Position numbers and translations under genes: made by a program. A stretch of 64,000 bases of DNA, from assembly GCA_934747885.1 (NCBI GenBank), contig CAKVHE010000001.1, forward strand, positions 364,052 to 428,051, given 5' to 3'. Numbering within the stretch: position 1 is the stretch's first letter; each line of letters begins with the position of its first letter. The notes under the pieces were generated by a model. It was not told the DNA's origin. It saw only the letters and a list, made by a program, of their open reading frames with translations, and did not search any database. This document shows, one piece after another, positions 59,611 through 64,000 of this stretch. The DNA is from an uncultured Clostridia bacterium. Its GTDB lineage: Bacteria; Bacillota; Clostridia; Christensenellales; UBA1242.

Positions 59611-59657
59611 GCCTTACAAGCAGGCGGTCGTAGGTTCGAGCCCTACACTCTCCACCA
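59611..59657 (+). repeat. attR core (displaced 3' fragment of tRNA-Val)
   Basis: This 47 bp stretch is identical to 51338-51384. It is followed by a hairpin terminator (aaaaaccaaacc-ttgc-ggtttggtttttt), plausibly the ancestral tRNA terminator. Confidence 0.9.
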
Positions 59658-59722
59658 AACAAAAACCAAACCTTGCGGTTTGGTTTTTTGTTTGTATTTT
59701 TCTTTTTAATTTTTTCGTTTTT

Positions 59723-59784
59723 CTTAATTTTTTTAAATTCATCTTTTTACCGCCTTTTCCGCCTTCAATTATACAGAATTTTAA
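59723..59784 (-). pseudogene. Relic of an XRE repressor 5' end plus its promoter (remnant of a related element)
   Basis: cttaatttttttaaattcat is identical to 53173-53192 and encodes MNLKKLR. The adjacent gccttcaattatacagaattttaa matches gcctttaattataaggaattttaa at 21 of 24 positions. The reading frame collapses after 7 codons. Confidence 0.55.
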
Positions 59785-59833
59785 GGTACTTGCCAATTTT
59801 AGCTAGTTATTAAGCAACTTAAACAAACTAAGT

Positions 59834-60772
59834 TTAAATCAAAAACAAAACTGCCAAAACAGCATAAACTATCAATTCTATAAATAATTTTATTTTTGCC
59901 TTTTTTAAGTTTGCGTTAATTTTTTCACGAATGGCACGACTTTTATAATTCTCGCCCATTTCAACTTCGGCAGTGTCTTTTATTTGCGAAAGGTCTTCGG
60001 TGGTTATGTCCTGACCCTTGCTCATATCGTAACCAATATATTTTTGCTTTAAGCCAAGTTCTCGGTATAGCCTATGATTGGCGCCCGACAACCCAACACT
60101 TAATAAAAATGCAACGGCAAACACAATCACACAAACCCATGGCGACAGCGCATACTCTTTTAAGCCGTAATCTATAATATTAAACTTAAACAAAATATAA
60201 TCCGCTGCTAACAAAATGATGCCTAAAAGCATAGAAACATTTAATGCTGGAACCCATTTGTAGGTACTTTTCTTTGTAACAATTTTGTCGCATTTTTGTG
60301 GCAAACTGGCAATTAAGTCTTTAATTCCATTTAACAATTTGTCAAACTCGGGCGAAGCATTGTCTTTTTCCGTCGATACCATTATTGTATCTGGTGTGAT
60401 TGAAAAATACACGCGTTCCTCGCTTCGTTGTGAACGATAATAACTATCTATGGTACTATGCTCATAATACAAAGCCGAATAGTCTATGTTAATTTTTTCC
60501 ACATCTCGCAAATTGTTTTTTAATTCGCCCAAGAAACTTTCAGCATCGGTGTAGGTTTCGGTATGTCCTTTGGTTTCCAAATTTAATGCAAGCATTGGTC
60601 TTGCTGGCAAAATTGTCTTTCTAAGTTTTAAACCTTCTACCTCATCTGTAGTGGTTAACAAGGGTTGCAAGTTGTCATATTCACGCTTTAAGTATAAATA
60701 GCGTCCAGCAATAATTTTTGTTAAAATCTCAATATTATCCACAGACAACTGTACATTTTTGATATAATCCAT
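59834..60772 (-). CDS. Membrane protein with an N-terminal soluble domain (hypothetical)
   Basis: A 312 aa product with a soluble N-terminal domain of about 170 aa, then two TM segments, a charged segment and a C-terminal TM. A GGAGAA RBS is present. Confidence 0.55.
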   Translation of the reverse strand: MDYIKNVQLSVDNIEILTKIIAGRYLYLKREYDNLQPLLTTTDEVEGLKLRKTILPARPMLALNLETKGHTETYTDAESFLGELKNNLRDVEKINIDYSALYYEHSTIDSYYRSQRSEERVYFSITPDTIMVSTEKDNASPEFDKLLNGIKDLIASLPQKCDKIVTKKSTYKWVPALNVSMLLGIILLAADYILFKFNIIDYGLKEYALSPWVCVIVFAVAFLLSVGLSGANHRLYRELGLKQKYIGYDMSKGQDITTEDLSQIKDTAEVEMGENYKSRAIREKINANLKKAKIKLFIELIVYAVLAVLFLI

Positions 60773-60933
60773 TGTTTTCTCCTAAGTTTGACTTTATTAT
60801 ATCTTAAAACAAAGTTCAGTGTCAAACAATAAATATAGGTTCGCAAGCCGCTCGCGCCGGTCGGCACAACTATACGCAATTTTTAGGTTTACAATTATTA
60901 TGTCGTTAAGTATAATAATATAAGGAGAAAATA

Positions 60934-61731
60934 ATGGACGAAAAGCAATTTATGAAAGTGGTTAGCGGTTCCGCAAAAAACCGCGCCCTAAACACGGCAT
61001 TAAGCGAAGACCAAATATTGGACAATATGTCCACCCTATCCTTGCTTAATGCAGAAGATTTTAAGGAAATAAACCCATCTGCACCTTTTGAATATGATGA
61101 TTTACCCCTGCCAGTTGGCAATTTACCCACAGTTAACTCTGGAACAAGTCAAGAAAACAAATATTCTCACACCATAAAAAAACAACTATTTAAGACCTTG
61201 GCTGAAATAAACAATACCCGTGCCGACCAAAAGACCCCTACCAACCACGAGCACCCCGGTGTGCTTATTGGTAAAAAGGGAGAAGCCGCGACTTACTGCG
61301 AACTAAAAAGTTGTGGCGAGGGACAAAAGCAGACCTGCAACTATGATTGGGACGAGATTGAAAAAATAATTAAACAAACAACCGAACCTACCCACCTCGC
61401 CCTATTTCATGCTCACCCAAAACCAACCGAAGGCACTACGCATAACACTTTGTTTAACAAATATCCCGACACTTTAAAATCTTTGGGCGTACGAGAAAAC
61501 GGGCTTAATCTATCACTTGCCGATGTTGCAACTTTGCAATATTTAAACTATCTAGTTTCTAATAGCAACAAACAACAACTTATTACCACTGAATCCATCG
61601 TTTTGATGCATAATGGCGAACTTATAGGCTTTAATACCACTCAAAATGGTCTTGTAAAAACCAGTCAAAACCAACTAACATTGCAAAAGACCGCCACCAG
61701 CGAGCAAAACGCCGAAGGCGAGGGTTTGTAA
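60934..61731 (+). CDS. Hypothetical protein with a possible JAB/MPN-like HxHP motif
   Basis: A 265 aa product with an AAGGAGAA RBS. LALFHAHPKP ... LSLADV resembles a JAMM motif, but the spacing is atypical. Confidence 0.4.
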   Translation: MDEKQFMKVVSGSAKNRALNTALSEDQILDNMSTLSLLNAEDFKEINPSAPFEYDDLPLPVGNLPTVNSGTSQENKYSHTIKKQLFKTLAEINNTRADQKTPTNHEHPGVLIGKKGEAATYCELKSCGEGQKQTCNYDWDEIEKIIKQTTEPTHLALFHAHPKPTEGTTHNTLFNKYPDTLKSLGVRENGLNLSLADVATLQYLNYLVSNSNKQQLITTESIVLMHNGELIGFNTTQNGLVKTSQNQLTLQKTATSEQNAEGEGL

Positions 61732-61800
61732 TTTTTATTTTGCCTTACAGAAAATACTCATCAATAAAAAACCGCCCCACAATGTGAGGCGGAATAACAT

Positions 61801-63054
61801 CTATTTTGTTCGGGCTAGCGTGGTGTTGTCTTCTTTTCGGCTGGCAAGTTCTGGCACTGGGTTGCGTTTGGTTTCGTAGCGATAATCTTCACCATATTTT
61901 TTGATATGCTCAGTTATAACTTGGTGACTTGGAAGCGTTTGAACTTTTTTAATCACTTCCCCGTTATACTTAAAGAAATCTGCATTGTTTGGCATAGATT
62001 TAACCAGCGAATAATCTTCACGATTTTTTGTGTAGTTCACTGTTTCTGCAAGCACCCCACGCACATAGTCAATATTACCTTCAAACTTTAATAGTTCAGG
62101 AAAGTCACCACCGCAAGTATACACGGCTTGCCATGGCTTGCCCTCATATTTTTTGAGCAGATTTGCCACATATTGCAAGTGTCCACATTCTTCCAAATAA
62201 TGTTGGTAAAAAATCTTTTTAATATCCGCGTCAGTTTCGTCTTCGTAGCAAGAATAGTACAAATAGCACTCGGTGTATTCATGCATCAGCCAACTTTCTA
62301 GCGGCGTGCAAGTGGTGTCTATCAAACTGCCATATTCGGTAACGTGCTGCTCTTCTATCATGGCAATTTCGCTATACAAATCACGCCCAAGTTTGCTTGG
62401 GTGAAAACCAGCAATATTCATGTAGTAGTTCATGGTTTGTTGTTCGCCCGCCGTAATAATGCTTGCCACCAATTTGGTATATGGGTCAGCAAGTTCCGCC
62501 GAAATGTGACGGTTAATTGCATCGTATGGGTGACGAGGCTCGGCAATTGTCGGTCTGCCTGGGGTAATTTCGATGTAGCCACCGGTAAGTTTGTTTGCGT
62601 CTTTGCCTTCTTCCATTTCTAGTAAGTTCGCAAAACGATACAAATGGTCAAAATCTTCAAGCAAAGCAAAATTTAGGGCATTTTTTACATAATCGTCCTT
62701 AACATGACGCGCCAAAATGGCAGTTAAGTCAACCGCAAGTTGCTCATAACCAATTGTGGTTTCAAGGTCGGTTTCGTCTAATGGCTTTAAGCCCGAAATA
62801 ATTTTTTGTTGCTGTTGCTCATGACGCCTAATTAAGGCAATATCTCGTCTTAAATCGTTGTTATTGCAGGCTCTCGAATATTGATGCAAAAACCAATTTT
62901 GCTCAAATTCCGCCCCGTTTAAAAGAATTACACGCGTTTTGGTGTATGGGCTTGCTGTTTCCTTGTTGTAAGGCTTTGGACTATATTTGTCCACACTCAC
63001 AAATTTGGTCACCGGTACCGCTTTCTTTTCTAAAAATGGGTTAATTTTATTCAT
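61801..63054 (-). CDS. Ferritin-like (di-iron ExxH) domain protein
   Basis: A 417 aa product with the repeated carboxylate/His motifs LEDFDHLYRF, IEEQHVTEYG and LEECGHLQY. A GGAGAA RBS is present. Confidence 0.45.
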   Translation of the reverse strand: MNKINPFLEKKAVPVTKFVSVDKYSPKPYNKETASPYTKTRVILLNGAEFEQNWFLHQYSRACNNNDLRRDIALIRRHEQQQQKIISGLKPLDETDLETTIGYEQLAVDLTAILARHVKDDYVKNALNFALLEDFDHLYRFANLLEMEEGKDANKLTGGYIEITPGRPTIAEPRHPYDAINRHISAELADPYTKLVASIITAGEQQTMNYYMNIAGFHPSKLGRDLYSEIAMIEEQHVTEYGSLIDTTCTPLESWLMHEYTECYLYYSCYEDETDADIKKIFYQHYLEECGHLQYVANLLKKYEGKPWQAVYTCGGDFPELLKFEGNIDYVRGVLAETVNYTKNREDYSLVKSMPNNADFFKYNGEVIKKVQTLPSHQVITEHIKKYGEDYRYETKRNPVPELASRKEDNTTLARTK

Positions 63055-63185
63055 ATTTTGTTCTCCTATAACATTAAGTTTTCACCTTTTGAAAAAAAAT
63101 ATACTTTAAACGCAAAAACTAGCAAAATTTTTGTTTTTGCCGCGTCGTGCGCATAGTTGCCCTCTTTGCCTTTTGGCGAAACAAT

Positions 63186-63211
63186 TAACAATTGTTTAAC
63201 TTTTGTTAAAA
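63186..63211. repeat. 26 bp dispersed repeat, copy 2
   Basis: This copy is identical to 19817-19842. A hairpin terminator (aaaagcacc-gctt-ggtgctttt) follows. Confidence 0.85.
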
Positions 63212-63322
63212 AGAAAAAGCACCGCTTGGTGCTTTTATAAATATATATTTTTCTTTACCCTAGCCAACGCGCGCAAACCGCCACCTTGTGCAAAATTTGC
63301 AAAGGTGGCTACGACGCTAGTT

Positions 63323-63922
63323 TTAGTTAGTTTCCTTTTTAAATGGTATGCCGTGCCCCGGATAACCCAATTTATAATTTATGCCATCTATAACTTTTAG
63401 CGATGCCAGCATCTCTTTTTCGCTTCCGCCCTTTAAATCCACCCTGCCGGTGGCAAAAGCAAAGCGAGTATCTCCCGTAAACAACGCGTCTTCAATTAAA
63501 AAACAGCCCGAATTGGGCGAATGACCCTTTGTTTCAAAGAACGTTACAGTTTCGTCGTTTACCTTGATTTTTGCCCCATTTTTTACCGTCACAAATCTGC
63601 TGGTGTCAAAACCCAGTTCCAAATTTAGCCAATGATTTTCCGTCCATTCGTTGCTATTTATGTTTGCCTTGCCATGTGCCGAAACATACACCGGACATTC
63701 GCTATTTTCTAGCACCGATTTAAGCCCCATAATGTGGTCAAAATGGATATGCGTTAACAAAATGGCATCAATAGTAAAGGCGCCATCGGCTATTCTTCTA
63801 TACGCTTGCAAAATTTTGGAAAAATCTGAACCGGCATCAACCAAAATGGTTGCGCTATCTGTAACCACCACATAAGTGTTTTGGCGCCACGGGTTGCCGG
63901 CAATTACTGTTGCAATTTTCAT
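63323..63922 (-). CDS. MBL-fold metallo-hydrolase
   Basis: A 199 aa product with LLTHIHFDHIMG, the HxHxDH motif. Confidence 0.8.
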   Translation of the reverse strand: MKIATVIAGNPWRQNTYVVVTDSATILVDAGSDFSKILQAYRRIADGAFTIDAILLTHIHFDHIMGLKSVLENSECPVYVSAHGKANINSNEWTENHWLNLELGFDTSRFVTVKNGAKIKVNDETVTFFETKGHSPNSGCFLIEDALFTGDTRFAFATGRVDLKGGSEKEMLASLKVIDGINYKLGYPGHGIPFKKETN

Positions 63923-64000
63923 ATTTTTTAGTGTATCATACTTTTACGCAAAAGGCAAGCCAGCAAAACTTATCGCCCAAAGTTATGCCTTTGAGCGTGC

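Larger units (their letters stand above)
51338..59657. mobile_element. Integrated ~8.3 kb filamentous-phage-like (inovirus-like) element in tRNA-Val
   Basis: It is bounded by a 47 bp perfect direct repeat that equals the tRNA 3' part. It contains an integrase, an XRE switch, small TM coat-like genes, a large secreted repeat protein, a Zot/pI-like P-loop protein and a pC194-type RCR Rep. No capsid, terminase, tail or lysin genes are present. It is visibly more AT-rich than its flanks. Confidence 0.7.

Noticed and set aside
59614-59796. A 60 aa minus-strand ORF.
   Set aside because: It spans the attR tRNA fragment and the relic XRE start. Only the first 7 codons after the internal MNLKKLR are homologous to a real gene. 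It is treated as a pseudogene remnant.

Overview
This window is a chromosomal segment of a low-GC Gram-positive genome of the Clostridia or endospore-former type. All protein calls rest on motif recognition and remembered reference sequences, because no database search was possible. The sporulation signature is spo0A, spoIIAA-spoIIAB-sigF, a SipL/SpoVID-like DUF3794+LysM gene next to veg, a SpoVB-like flippase and a DUF421/DUF4363 pair. Core genes are the str operon (rpsL-rpsG-fusA-tuf), eno, recX, lgt, pepF, floA, ogg, metG, cysS, glpK with a divergent glpA-like/FAD-oxidoreductase/DUF1667 operon, and rpiB with a ywlE-like phosphatase. RNA genes are one 16S rRNA (minus strand), an initiator tRNA-Met and tRNA-Val(TAC). 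The 16S has its own consensus promoter and terminator and no 23S or 5S anywhere in the window. The main accessory feature is an 8.3 kb AT-rich element at 51338-59657, integrated in the 3' end of tRNA-Val and bounded by a 47 bp perfect direct repeat. It carries a tyrosine integrase, an XRE switch, a pC194-type rolling-circle Rep, a Zot/pI-like P-loop protein, small single-TM coat-like proteins and a large repeat-bearing secreted protein. It has no capsid, terminase, tail or lysis genes, so I read it as an integrated filamentous (inovirus-like) prophage. A relic of a related element lies just outside attR. Other points worth a second look:
- A Spo0A whose phospho-acceptor Asp is Glu.
- An 880 bp spo0A-upstream intergenic region holding a 3 x 38 bp tandem repeat and two tandem ~133 nt structured units with compensatory stem changes.
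- A Rho paralog with degenerate Walker motifs.
- Four genes with consensus promoters placed for leaderless translation.
- Dispersed short repeats.
- A zinc-ribbon protein with a hyperacidic tail.
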